The notes under the pieces: model-generated
Database searches by the model: none
What the model saw: only the letters and a program-made list of their open reading frames with translations
What the model was told of the DNA's origin: nothing
In this document: positions 1 to 14,313 of the stretch, in pieces
Layout of the letters: each line of letters starts with the position of its first letter
Position numbering within the stretch: position 1 is the stretch's first letter
Program-made: the position numbers and the translations under genes
Source of the DNA: Ostrea edulis
Taxonomy: Eukaryota
Length of the DNA: 64,000 bases
Assembly: GCF_947568905.1 (NCBI RefSeq)
Contig: NC_079172.1
Span: 51,894,001 to 51,958,000, forward strand
Reading direction: 5' to 3'

Positions 1-202
1 TGAAACAACTCCAGACTACCCAGCTTCCCAGAGGCGTATTCCAGGAAGACAAAGAATTCCGTGAGGTAAGGGTCGTGTGTTGAGACATTGTTGACGGGAA
101 CCTGCACCTTAAGACCTGTTACATTTTTGGGTCCATCGAATGACACTTCGTACCAGTTCTCCTCCGTCAAATTACTAGGGCACCACGCAGCAAATAACTG
201 TT
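1..202 (-). CDS. Gene 1 exon, core of F5/8 type C domain (truncated by window edge)
   Basis: ctttcatcag|AACAG acceptor; open frame EQLFAAWCP...NWYEVSF...VTGLKVQ...YLTEFFV to position 1. Confidence 0.85.
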
Positions 203-298
203 CTGATGAAAGCATACGGACAGAGATGAATGCACTGGTTAGATAATACATACAATATACATTGAATTACATGATATTCCCTCAAAAACTCTCAAACT

Positions 299-362
<64 letters not shown>

Positions 363-1408
363 ATATGTTTGGGGAGAGGGGGGCTGATAAAACATGTACG
401 TTGAGGACAATTGAGCCATTTGACCTGCGTTGTGGGGACAGAAGAGCACAGCGAGGACAAAAATTGTCATATACTGTAACATTACCATAGACGTAACCCA
501 CAGAGAGTGAAAGGTTACAAGATATTAAATTAGTGGGGACAAGTTATGTGGGGACATATCCCTACTGATATTCTCTCTCAAAACCATTTTTCACAATTCA
601 ATAGAGAGCATTGAATAAACTTAACTTATATGTGCGTATTCTCTTCTAGACATTGTGAGGACGACTTCACTAAACGCATTTCGTCGGAGAGAGAGAGAGA
701 GGGGGGGGGGGGGGGAGAAAGATCCAATTAACCACGTATACGTTTGATTAATCGGGCATGTGTTGTAAAATTAAACAAACAAACAATAAACAACAAACAT
801 TTAGATTATCATAGAGATACTGTATGTAGAAATAAGACACATTTAGATTATTATATAGATACTGTATGTAGAAATAAGACACATTTAGATTATTATATAG
901 ATACTGTATGTAGAAATAAGACACATTTAGATTATTATATAGATACTGTATGTAGAAATAAGACACATTTAGATTATTATATAGATAATGTATGTAGAAA
1001 TAAGACACATTTAGATTATTATATAGATAATGTATGTAGAAATAAGACACATTTAGATTATTATATAGATACTGTATGTAGAAATAAGACACATTTAGAT
1101 TATTATAGAGATACTGTATGTAGAAATAAGACACATTTAGATTATTATAGAGATACTGTATGTAGAAATAAGACACATTTAGATTATTATATAGATACTG
1201 TATGTAGAAATAAGACACATTTAGATTATTATATAGATACTGTATGTAGAAATAAGACACATTTAGATTAGTATATAGATACTGTATGTAGAAATAGTCC
1301 TGTTTTGTTGTCGCTGTTATATTTTTCCACGTATGATTTACTTCTTCCGAGGATGGGGCGGGTGGTCCGAAAATTTCTCGATATTGGGCTGCTGTACTAT
1401 AGAATTTC

Positions 1409-1452
<44 letters not shown>

Positions 1453-4400
1453 TGTTGCGTGTGTATGTTAAGGTTATATTGCAGCATACCACTTTAGTAT
1501 GAAAATAACAATTACTTACTTCAAAGATAGGTAAATATTTTGTATTTTCAGTAAGACACATTTTCAATGCCGGCCTACACACATATATGTATAGAAATTC
1601 TCTTCTAACCCTAAGCTTCATATCTCTTTAAATACGACGCTTCTGTAGATACGGTGACAGCACTAACGAGCATCGCTTCAAGTTGACTATATTCGAATTG
1701 AATGGTCTATAATCAGTGTTAAAATACAGGATTACATCTGCATTCCTGTCGTTTATGTACCGGTGTAATGAATTCATCTTTTTTTTTTTTTTTTTTTTTT
1801 GTATTACATGTACCTACCTGAACAACAATTGTAACGCCCATATTCTTTATCTAGATCCGCCCGTGTGTTGGAAGATTTCAGCTGCTCTCTTTTAACTTCT
1901 CCTGACTCTAGACCAAGCGCCTGGTCACAGACTGTAAATTAGACAAACAACCAATTATAGATTAAGCAAAGAAACGTTTCTAAACCAACCAACCCCCCAC
2001 CTTTTCATTACCGATACTGAGGCAGTTTCATCAAAACACTTCAACTATGAATGAAAGGTTACATTTGGTGTAATTCGAGGGTTGCAAACCTCTATGTGGA
2101 GCAGAAAAGATATTAAACCTAAGGTTACAACCCTTGGATTTTTTTAATACCCACACTCTTCAAAACTAATGCAATGCCGTTGCAAAAAGTAGATACAATA
2201 AGCTTTGAATTCATCTCAAAAATGTAGACAGTGCAGCTTTTCTCAGTGTCTCCGTCATTTTTTAACTATTCGAACACTGTAGTATTTGCATATTACACCT
2301 ATACTTTAAAAAAAAAACCCAACACATGTACACTACAATTCACACCAACATTGTATAATAGAATGAATTGTAAAATGTGTGTATAAATTTTGACCGACGT
2401 AGACCTCATTTTTGCAGTTCTAATGACTGCTTTACAAAGTCTGCAAACGCTGACAAAAGTTCCGATTCTGGATCTAAAATCTGTTGTGTTTTATAGAGTG
2501 TCTCATGTCTTTAAAAACTTACAATTTTAATTTCCAGTTTTAGCGAATAGTTAAGAGCTTGTCTACGAGAAAACCATGCAAATATATAAAAATGAAGGAA
2601 ATGGTGGTCATCAATATCATTTCTAATCATTTATATCATTGGAGTATATGGTTGGAATAATTATAATTTGAGGTCAATTTATTGATAGGTCGTTTCTATT
2701 TTTAGTAACAGCACATTCTGTATTTACACATGTATTAGTCTTTGAACACAAGAAAAATCCTTAAATATTAGGGTTTTATTTTTTCAAAAATGCAAATCAA
2801 TTCTGAAGACTTATGAAAAGAATGGATTTTTTATGATATTTCCATGTAAACCACTTATGGAGAAATCATGTTTGACATCATAAGTGTCCATATAGAGATT
2901 ACACGGAGCCTGTAATTTGGCATTGTGCCAAACTTTTTCATTTTGTGTTATATGGTCAATTTTGAAATAGGTGTTGCTGCAAAAGTAACGCTTAAATTTC
3001 TTTAAAAGTGTATAATACTTAAATATCAAATCCTTGTCTGTAAAATATAAAAAATTGTACTTTGGACTTTTGGCCGTTCATTTGCAATTAAAATTTAAAA
3101 ACTGACAAAAATGAATATTTTCAAGCATTTAAAATTATCTTTTAAAAGTGTAACGTGCGAGACCCGAGCGATCTCCTTGGGATCGTACTTGGTTTGCCCA
3201 AGTCTTATAAGGATAATAACGAATGCAAAATATACAGATAATGGACACTTGTCTAGTGTAAAACAAATTCTAATATACAGATATGCTTGTGTCACTTGCC
3301 TAGTGCTATAATTAACAAAGAGAACTCACTTATGCCTATTTTAATCAAGGTGCTGCCTCTTGGCTACCCACACCACTTGGCAGCTTGCCACTTGGTCACC
3401 CGCACTTGCCACTGGGCTTATGCAAACAATGTATGGCCACACGACCCGTAGTCAACTTGGCTCTCTGTGATCACTTGGTCACCCGCACTTGCCACTTGGC
3501 TTATGCAAACACACCACTTGGCAGCTTGCCACTTGGTCACCCGCACTTGCCACTTGGCTTATGCAAACAATGTATGGCCACACGACCCGTAGTCAACTTG
3601 GCTCTCTGTGATCACTTGGTCACTTGCCACTTGTCAAACAGTAGTATACCTAAGATAACTACTTACACTAGTTCTGACTCTCACGACTATGGTCTCTAGT
3701 TTGTAATTAAGCCTGACAACAATCCGTCGTCCTGCAAGTTGAACACATCAATTCACCTCAGCCACCCGGCCTTTTTCCTACATAAATAATCTTTACGTCA
3801 ATAAGCATAATTTTCTATAGGCAAGAATCCGATTTTTGAGCTTACTTTGCTCATCTGAACCAAGCATTTATTTTCATCTTATTTATATACATACAACATT
3901 CATTCTTGTAATTTCTTTTAATCAATTAACACGTTAATTAAATTATATACAATGATTTCTTGATTTACAAAATACTGCAAAGGGGAATAACTCTCAACCG
4001 CTTCAAAAGATTAAAGATTTAAAATTTGTGATATTAGATGCATAAATTGTTTGGAAATTTAATTTTATTTTTAGATTTAACATTTTCTAATAAATAAATC
4101 CCAGTAATCTACTATTTTATATGAAAAAGGGGGTCTTTTAATGAAATAGACCTGTTGCTGGAATTACCTCCCCTTTGATGCACTCTTCATACGTAGAAGG
4201 TACAAAATGATAGCAATATTATGGAATGTTATGATTCCAACTTGAAATGGGATTTGAGAATTTGTACATCATGTTTATGTGATATCAGTGAAAGAAATAA
4301 CAGTATCTGTGAATGTAATCCAGAAATTTCTAAATATTGGCAGGGTTTAAAAAGTATCCGGTACTTCGTCCTGTTATACTGCAAACTAGTACCAGTGCAT

Positions 4401-7400
4401 GATCAGGCATTTTGTCATTGAAGAATTGAAAGCGTCCTTTCCTTGATAATTCATGCATTAACCGAGAATGCTAAGATGTTATATGGAGGAAATCAAAGAA
4501 AATATGCATCTATAGTCAGTCCAGATGGAGCATGTGAGGATCTAGTGCAACCCCCCCCCCCCCCCCCCCCCCCGAATTTGCAAAATGTATTTACCATCAT
4601 GATTGATGAAAAAAAAAGTTATTAGTTTACATATATGCACTAAGTAATGAGGACAGGACAAAATAACTAAAGTGTGAAATAAAAATGCATAACGTGTTCT
4701 CAATTAAGAATGTATACTGTAACAGTTTGCTCGGTATCTTTCTTTCTTCTTCAGTACTCAATGTAACAGTAAGACATACTCAATGTTTAATCATAGGTTA
4801 GGATTCAACATGCAAAATTTACACCTTTCTCTATGTTACCAACAACAAATATATAGATATTGTAAACTGGTGGTATTACGTATATGTACATGCTAATGTA
4901 GTTTCTTAAAGTCATTGATGTAGGTAGAGTGTGGATCGTCACTATACTTTGTTCATCATGAGAAATTGATCGGGGAAAAAATTGGAAAAATCATTTATCT
5001 GACAGGGAAACCGAAGATTATTTCGATCAGGTCTTTTTAGCTAAATCAGCCCCCCTCCCTCTTCTTTTTTATGGCAATCAATAAACAATTGAAATGGAAG
5101 CTTGAACTGATGAATTAAATCCTTAGACCCCCCCCCCCCCCTTATTATCATTATCAAGGATTTTGAGCTTCGGGTTGTGTTAAAAGTAATTTTTAGGGAG
5201 GTTGGGGGGTTCTATAAAAAATTTGCCACCCACCCACACCCTCCGCCCTGGTGACGAGTGCCAACTACGGGGCCTCTCCACCTGAGCTACACTGTATGTG
5301 TTTAGACAGGACAGACTATACCAGTCGGGTCAGGTATAAACAATACATTTCATGACAAATTATATTTCCAATTATTACAAGCGAACTTCTTTACTTTTGT
5401 GCGAATTCGGACATTATTATTATCTGACTTTCATCTTCAGTGCAATTTATGTGATTACTGGCAGTTAGTATTTAAGCTATATTTCATTTGTACGTGTAAT
5501 GGTGTTAGGAGTGGAGTGCGAATGCAAAGAATATTTCTGTATTTAGATATATTCAACATTATTGATTATTTTATGATTTTAACAAGATCATTCACTATCT
5601 AAGAGCATTTTACCATTACCACCCCTCTCCTCTCAATGTAATGTTTATAATCATTAATTTCCGGTATTGAATATGGCTGCTTCGAACCCTTTTGCATGGA
5701 TTTAGAATGTAGAATAATGTAAATAATACGCTACATGTAAGAATAAAAAACAAAAGAAAGACAAGAAAAGAACATGCACATTCCTTTTAGCTCACCGGGA
5801 CGACTATCCGGAGAGCTACATGTATTGTAATGACCCCAGTGTTGGCGTCGACGCCACTTTAAGGAAACACTTTAACCTGGGTTATATCTTCTAAACCAAG
5901 GGGGTAGGGTTTTGATATATCCCTTATTGATTCCCCATGAAGAGACCTTTGATGTGGTACCAAGACTTTCGACCTTGTGACCTTGACCTATTTCTTTTAA
6001 AAAACTTCAACCTGGGCTATGTCTTTTGAACCAATAGGGATAAGGCTTTGATATATTACATATATAGATGCCTCATGAAGAGACCTTTGTTTTGGTTTGA
6101 CCTAACGACCTTTGCCTTGAACTTTGACGTACTGTTCAAAAACTTTATCTTGGTTATATCTTTTGAACCAAGAGTGATAGATCTTTGATGTTTCAAACAT
6201 AGATGCCATTTCTTTTGTTACCAGAACTATCAACGTCGACCTTGGACTTTGACCTATTTTTCAAAAACTTTTAACCTTTTGAACAAACGGTTAGGTACAG
6301 TCATCTGACAACTCTTGTTTATATGTCAATATTGTGACTCTCATACAACTTTTCAAAAGTTACATTGCTGTGTGGCTTAGTATTTGCGATTGAGTTTGAT
6401 TATTTCAGAATGTTTTCAATAACCAGTCAGATTTTTAAAAAATAGATTTATCCTTATCGTATCCATGGGAAAAGCAAATCTATGAAGAAATATGATCCAA
6501 TTGCTTGTGGTATATTTAAATCTCTGAAGGACCACAATGTAAACTAGTCATTTGTACCAATCGTGCTATCCTGTCTAAATAAAGAATTCATTATATATAG
6601 CATAATATAAATTGGCATGAAATTTGTTTTTAAAAATTGCATCTTAAAAGTACACATATATCAATTTTGTTAAATTACAACTATTCATACGATGCATATT
6701 ATTTTTTTAAAAACGTTATTTTTTCAAATTTTGCAATCTGTCACCATGGCAACCAGGACCCATAGCAACAAAAAATGATTGATACATACTTCTGGTCATC
6801 TGATGTGAAATCATAAAATTATATAGGACTTAATAAGATAACAAGGACCATGCATGGCAAACAGGTTTAGGTGGCTACCAGAATAAAAGCTCTACAAGCA
6901 GGAAAAAATGCCCAACTTGAAGTATTAATATATTTACTATAATCGAGAGTCCAAAGACAGATTTTTGATATATCGTAAATATACTTCTTTTCTATAAGAT
7001 GAAAGTAATTTTGAATAAATCAAAGCGTTACTTTTTGACTACTAGTTGATTAAAAAATTATCATTTTCTGCAATTTATCAAAATCTGGAATCGTGCCAAA
7101 TTTGTGACCTTTGTGCACTTAAACGGAAGTAAAATTTTAGAGTCCCACTAAACAATATGAATATGTATATCCAGTTGTTTTACAAACTGTGTCAATTTTT
7201 AAAAATCCATTTTCAATAACCTGTTAGAATTTTTAAATAGAAAGGGTAAAATATACATAATTTTACCCTTTTGTCAGAACAAAAGTGCTATTTTTAGCAA
7301 CATGGCTGCAAACCCCTGTCCAATGACTACACCCCCGAAAAAAAATATGCCAAAGTATTTGATATTGATGTACTTTATTACACTCAAAATATGTTGTTGA

Positions 7401-7707
7401 TCCGACAACCTTGCTTCCATCACATTTTGCATGGTTTTCTCGTGGACAAGCTCTTAATTCATTGAAAGGACTATTTTTTCTGACCCCATTAAATATATAA
7501 TTGTGAGACGATCAGTTCAGAGGTATTTAAAACTGGTTTCATAAGGCACAATTTCCCATACTAGGACACCCAAACAATATAAGATCGCTTGACTTTAAAA
7601 AGTAAAAAAAAAACTTATGTTTGGGAAATTTTTCAATGTTTGCGTCAGCTACTGTCGCTACGACAGGGCAAATAAACTTCAATTGGGCTGCTGTACTATA
7701 AAACTTC

Positions 7708-7755
<48 letters not shown>

Positions 7756-10700
7756 TAATAAACTATTAACTATTATTAAACGAGGATTGTCCCGAAAAAT
7801 CAAGGACAACGCGTTTTTAATGAAACATAAAGCGCGCAATTTAAGTGTATGAGTATTTATATAAAAAATATTTTGGATAAAATATTGACAAAAATGATGA
7901 TTTTGTTATACTTTGGTACATGTATGTATATATGGTATGGTCCTACTGTTCACGAGACAAAACAAAATATTTGGTTTCGTGGGAGAATACACTAGTAATA
8001 TTTCATAATAACAAGAGGCCCACAGGCCTTATCGGTCACCTGAGAGTTATTTACAGGTATCACTAGTCCCAAGGCCAATGAAATCAATTTAAAAATCTGT
8101 TTTGAATACTATATTCTACAAAAGTACACATTTATAAGTTTTCAGATTACACCTTTCTTTTAAATGCCCTCGAAAGTGCCTGTAGTGATGAAAAGCTTTA
8201 CAAAATATAATATATGTAACATTAACACAATACGACTAATTTGGACACATCCTATAAAGTCAACACCCTCGGATTGCAAACTTCACAAGTTTGGTATATG
8301 TACATCTTTCTCTGCTTTTCCTAAATATGCATTTCGTTTTATACCACATTAGGAAACTTCAAGAAGTATTTCAAATGATAAAGAATATACATGTATACTA
8401 GTAATCACTATTATAATAACTTTGACTCGACCCTGGAATCAAACCCTTACTCCCTAGGATCATGAAATTTACAATTCTGGTAAAGGACTAACTACTCCTT
8501 CTAAATATATATTTAGTTTCAATTTAGTATCAATAACATTAAAAAGGTGTTATCTAGATGTTTTAGCCATACCATGTCTATACACTTATATATATACCAA
8601 GTTTGGCCCGCTCTGGGACCAGAACCGCTACCCCGGGGATCAGGAAATGTACAATTTTGGTAGAGGTCCTCCTGCTATATACATCACTATGCATTTAGTT
8701 TTTCTTACACATGTGTGGTTCTAGAGAAGAAGATTTTTGAAAAATATGTTAAGTTTGGGCAATTTTGCTCTGCCACTTAGACCCCAGGGGTGCAGGAGTC
8801 CTGAAATTTACAATGATGCTTCATATCAAATTTGAAAATAATTGGAATAGTAGTTATCAAGAAGTTAAGAATGTTCAGTTGTTAACGCACGACGACGGAT
8901 GACAACCAATTGCAATAGCAATAGAATATTCATAATTTATGTCACTATCTATCAAAACCTCAATTTGAGAATTTCAAGGCATTTACTCCATTATTTGTCG
9001 CTTCTCGAGCATTCGAAATCCAATAGTGGTAAACAGGACTAACGGAAAATGGCGACGTTTGATGACGTTACGGAGCACCTGAGAGCAACTCAGTTGTGTG
9101 TAGATTTAGGAATGATGCCTCAGCAGACTTTTTAAACGACTACAGACGACGAAAACGTATTGGAATATCAACTATATCTTTATTTTTCACATTTTTAAAG
9201 CAGAAGACCAAACCATACGCATATATAGTCCGAAATATCTTACGTTTTCCTGGCTTTTTTATGATTTTGATATATACCGTGCCAGGAAAACGTCAGAACC
9301 GTCGCCATTACGTAAACTGGAAATTCGCCGCCTCCAGCTGGAGGCGGCATTCTCGGGCCGATTTTAAATACTTGCGAGCCGAATTTAATGTTAAACTCAT
9401 AATTAATCAATAAAACGATGCTTCTTGTACTTACTAATATCGATTAAAAGAAAATATCATTCCGAAATTCGATAACATAAGCACACAATTGTAGTCAACC
9501 GAATTTTCGCTGTCATTTGAGCGAACGAGTCGCGTGACTCAAAACAGCTCGACTGTTTGTTAAAATGTTTTCATGGGGCTATTTATGTGATTAAAGAACA
9601 CATAAAATCGATATTAGTAAGCACAAGAAGCATCGTTTTATTGATTAATTATGAGTTTAACATTAAATTCGGCTCGCAAGTATTTAAAATCGGCCCGAGA
9701 ATTTTAATGCCGCCTCGCCTCCAGCTGGAGGCGGCGAATTTCCAGTTTATGTAATGGCGCCGGTTCTGACGTTTTCCTGGCACGGTAAATATCAAAATCA
9801 TAAAAAAGCCAGGAAAACGTAAGATATTTCGGACTAACGGATATACTGCTATTGACAGCAGTGATTGACGCAATAAACGCAAACCGTCGCTTACCACATA
9901 AACGTACATAACTTCAGAATGCCCCGCGTGTGTGCAAGAGCTTAGGGTGGCTCAACAGGTAGCTTGTATGCGTGCATCAGTGATATTCATGAATCAAATT
10001 AGGGCTGATCCAAATTTTCTTAGCAAAATCACCGTAACAGATTTGACTTATTCACGAAATTAATTTCATTTTTGAGAAATATACGTCCAGCGTGAAGCGT
10101 TGCTTTTCATTCATTCGCGTATTTTCAAAAACGAAATTCATTTATTATATTTACATTCTATTTTCATCCCTGTCGAAGAATTCCCAACCGTTAGAACAGT
10201 GAATAGTCATACTATATTTACCCAGATTCATACGCACATCGTTCACATTCATGTGGGGAAATACCTATAATTTCAATTGGTAAAAATATCGAAGGCAAAA
10301 ACATTGGAAATGTAAATTAATTTAAACATATATCTATTTGAAATTCGCCATGCATATTGAAGAATAGTGTAGAAAAATTTCAGAACAGCGTGAGAGCGTT
10401 GATTATTATTATTTGTTTTATTTTAGATATTACCATGCAACTCTCATTCATGTCAGAGCATTGTACCCAGTATCTGTATACATGACAATTCATGGTGTAT
10501 ATATGTCATACGTCTTTCGAAAATTACATGTTTGTTTTGGTTTCCAGTTGTATATTTGCCTACCTACTTGACAACACCCGTAAACCAGTTCCATTCACAA
10601 AACAAGGCTTGTTCCGCATTATCTATAGCACTGCTAAAGTGCAGCGAACTTGATGCGTCGCGTAGACACTTACGTTGTTTTCATATACATGTTTGCTTAC

Positions 10701-11734
10701 GCATAATATAGGGGCGGACGGGGAGTTGTTCTCACTTCCTTCCACCACTATCTCTCAACGCATTAACCGTCTTTCTGCATCCCTGCTACCCTAACAGACT
10801 TAATTTCCCCCACACCGGTCTGATTAAGACATTATGACAATTGTAAGTTTGCTTCTCAATACTTTCCCTAAAGATTGTGTTATATGTGGATATATTATGC
10901 TACACACGAGTGTTTAAAGTAAGACAGTCCCGATCACACGATTTATCTGTTCTACTTTTTATATGACACACACTGACTCTCGCTGATGTGTTGAAGTGAG
11001 AATTTCACATCAAGCACACAGTGTGGTTGATGTGAACGTATGTATCTTTCTGTTGAAGGTTGTCGAATAGTAGTTGGGGGGGGGGGGGGGGTAGTAGTAA
11101 GGGGTGAAGTCTTCTATTATGATAAATCTGTTGACAATGAAATAGCCTTATACAATGCATGTACATGTAATGATTTTAAAAGATCGTTTATAAAACATCC
11201 CTGATATGATAAAATCGCAGGGTAACGAATTATAACCTAAATATAGTGGGAGGATCACGATTTCCTATTAAGAGGTCGAACCTCGAGACTTTTAAACTAC
11301 TTTATATGCATAAATTGCAAAAAAATTAAATATGTCTCAGGTTCATTTTGACGTCAATTTAACGCATCACAACAATGATGATAAATTTTTTAACGCAGTT
11401 GGGGTGTAGGAAGTTATCCGCTTCATCGAATCGAAAAATAATTTATCTAAAAAATAAATAAATAACTGTACAACTTTATCAGTCCCGTGTGTACTAAAGC
11501 ACCTCTAGCATGTACTTTTACGTAACACGTTTAAATGGTACCTAATTAGGGAAGGGGTATACCATTTTTTTTAATTTTTTTTTTGGTAGGGAGATGTCTT
11601 CTAAACGAATTCATGCTAACTGACATTGACTTATCCAATCAGGAATTTTGCTTTATCGGGTAAATGTGAAGTTACATATGTCATTTCATATCTAAGATAG
11701 TTCGTGAGGGAGAAAATAAGTACATTAGACTCAC

Positions 11735-11778
<44 letters not shown>

Positions 11779-12994
11779 AACGGCGAATCTCCATAACCTT
11801 TGCATTATTAGATATCCATCGAAATATCTGTCTAAACGCAGTAAAAAGATTCTATTTAAAATTGTCCCTGTTCAGTGTCGTCACCGTGGGCGTGAAGAGG
11901 CTTTTTAAAACCAGTTCCCAAAGGATCCTGCAATGTATGACGTAAACTGCACGGCAGTGGAATGTGTGTTGAATTTTTGGAACACACGCCCAATTCAAAA
12001 GTTTCCCCTTGCAGGTTATATGATTTATTCAGTCTCAATATGAATGTACTGAAAAGATTTTTTATTCCGAGTAGATTATTGACATCTTTTGACAAGTGAG
12101 CGTTTATGATTTGCTAATCTCCTTTAGACAGGATTTTCGAGTCAGCCAAATTTACCATGCATATGTAACTAACTATAAAAAAGGGGGGATGCCTTTTCAT
12201 GGTTATTATGCAATATGATGCAGTGTATAGAAACTATGGTTGAATGTGGGGGGGGGGGGGGGGTATTTCTTGTTTGTTTGGGATTTTGTGTGTGTAGGTT
12301 CTAAAATTATTATCATTCAATACTTGTTAAACCCCAAGCATTTCTAACTCAAATTTCATACACGCAGTTAAGATTGACGTCCTTGGACCCAAACTCATTT
12401 GAAAATATTTGCACAGGTTGAAATCAAGAGTTTTTGAAACGCTAAATTAAATCGCGCGTACATAGAAACTATTGTACATATACATGTCTAACACTATCTA
12501 ATTATTTGAAATTATCTCGAGATAATTATAGAGTCTGGAAACTCCCCTTCTTGTTTATTGACCAAATATCTTCTGTAGAATACTACTATACGATTTATAT
12601 TATAAAGATAGCTTTAAAAACTCATTGATTGGAGATTTTTTTCATTAGAGATCAGCTACGCAATCAGAGAGAGTGCGTAATTGTTTAATTAAAGGTACAC
12701 GAGGAGAGTTCCATTGTGTGACGGGAATATGATCCGGTGTATCCTAGTATGTAAAATGATGTCGATCTGCTGTGTTGTGACCTTGTCTTTGTACAAAAAA
12801 AAAAAAAGACAGGTAGGTGCTTAAGCACCGAAACCCATCCGCCAGTTCAACCAGATTAACCTTTCGCTAAGAGTTGGACGTGTTAACAATTTACATGTAT
12901 TATCAATACTTCAATCAACCAACCGTTTCTTTGTCTATTTGGTGACCCTTATTTGTAACCTTTGTTTATACCAGCCTATATATATAATAATAAT

Positions 12995-13069
<75 letters not shown>

Positions 13070-14240
13070 TATATCTGGTAAATGTGAATCTAATTTTAAT
13101 TAGATTCTAAAATACAAATAAGCACGAGTATCATAAAATACCAGCTTTATCAAACGATTTCAGTCTTTGTCCTGTACATATGAATATAAAAATTCTGAAA
13201 CTATCTGTACAATATTACTTCCATAATATACCCCGGTACATGTTAGAGCGTCAAACATCATCTCATTACCCTGGATGTTAGAGCGTCAAACACATCATCT
13301 CGTTATCCCGGTACATGTTAGAGCGTCAAACACATCATCTCGTTACCCCGGTACATATTAGAGCGGCAACACATCATCTCATTACCCCGGTACATATTAG
13401 AGCGGCAACACATCATCTCGTTACCCCGGTACATGTTAGTGCGGCAACACATCATCTCATTACCCCGGTACATGTTAGAGCGGCAACACATCATCTCGTT
13501 ACCCCGGTACATGTTAGAGCGGCAACACATCATCTCATTACCCCGATACATATTAGAGCGGCAACACATCATCTCGTTACCCCGGTACATATTAGAGCGG
13601 TAACACATCATCTCGTTACCCCGGTACATGTTAGAACGGCAACACATCATCTCATTACCCCGATACATATTAGAGCGGCAACACATCATCTCGTTACCCC
13701 GGTACATATTAGAGCGGTAACACATCATCTCGTTACCCCGGTACATATTAGAGCGGTAACACATCATCTCGTTACCCCGGTACATGTTAGAGCGGTAACA
13801 CATCATCTCATTACCCCAGTACATGTTAGAGCGTCAAACACATAATTTTGTAGAAGTAACACTTAATTGTATACAACAACACCACGAGAGCTTGATAGCA
13901 GTGCGGGTGGGGTGGGAGTGGGGTGTCATGGGCGGAATATCGGGGATTGGTACCAGGCCAGATCAACTATGATGCTTCGTAGATTGCGATTTTCCCCCTC
14001 GGAAACAGAGGTGTATGTATGAGAATAAAGACTATAAAAATGTCACATTTTACTATATAAGTAATAAAGTCCCACCCTAGCACCAGTCAAAGCTGATCCA
14101 GGGGGCAAGAATTTAAACATGTTACTGGAGGCCTCCCCCTCATCATTATTTTGTTCCCAATGTCCACAAGTAAGTAAAAGGTTTAAAACGAAAATGACTG
14201 TCATAAATCATACGTTTTGTAACAACTCTGAAGATGAAAG

Positions 14241-14313
<73 letters not shown>

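Larger units (their letters stand above)
2555..7453. mobile_element. Possible Kolobok-type TIR element with nested insertions
   Basis: 28-bp inverted termini GAGCTTGTC(T/C)ACGAGAAAACCATGCAAA, each flanked by TTAA (2551-2554, 7454-7457). Could be ends of two different copies. Confidence 0.55.

Noticed and set aside
9096-9909. Two opposite-strand ORFs with near-identical peptide
   Set aside because: Artefact of the MITE's long inverted repeats.
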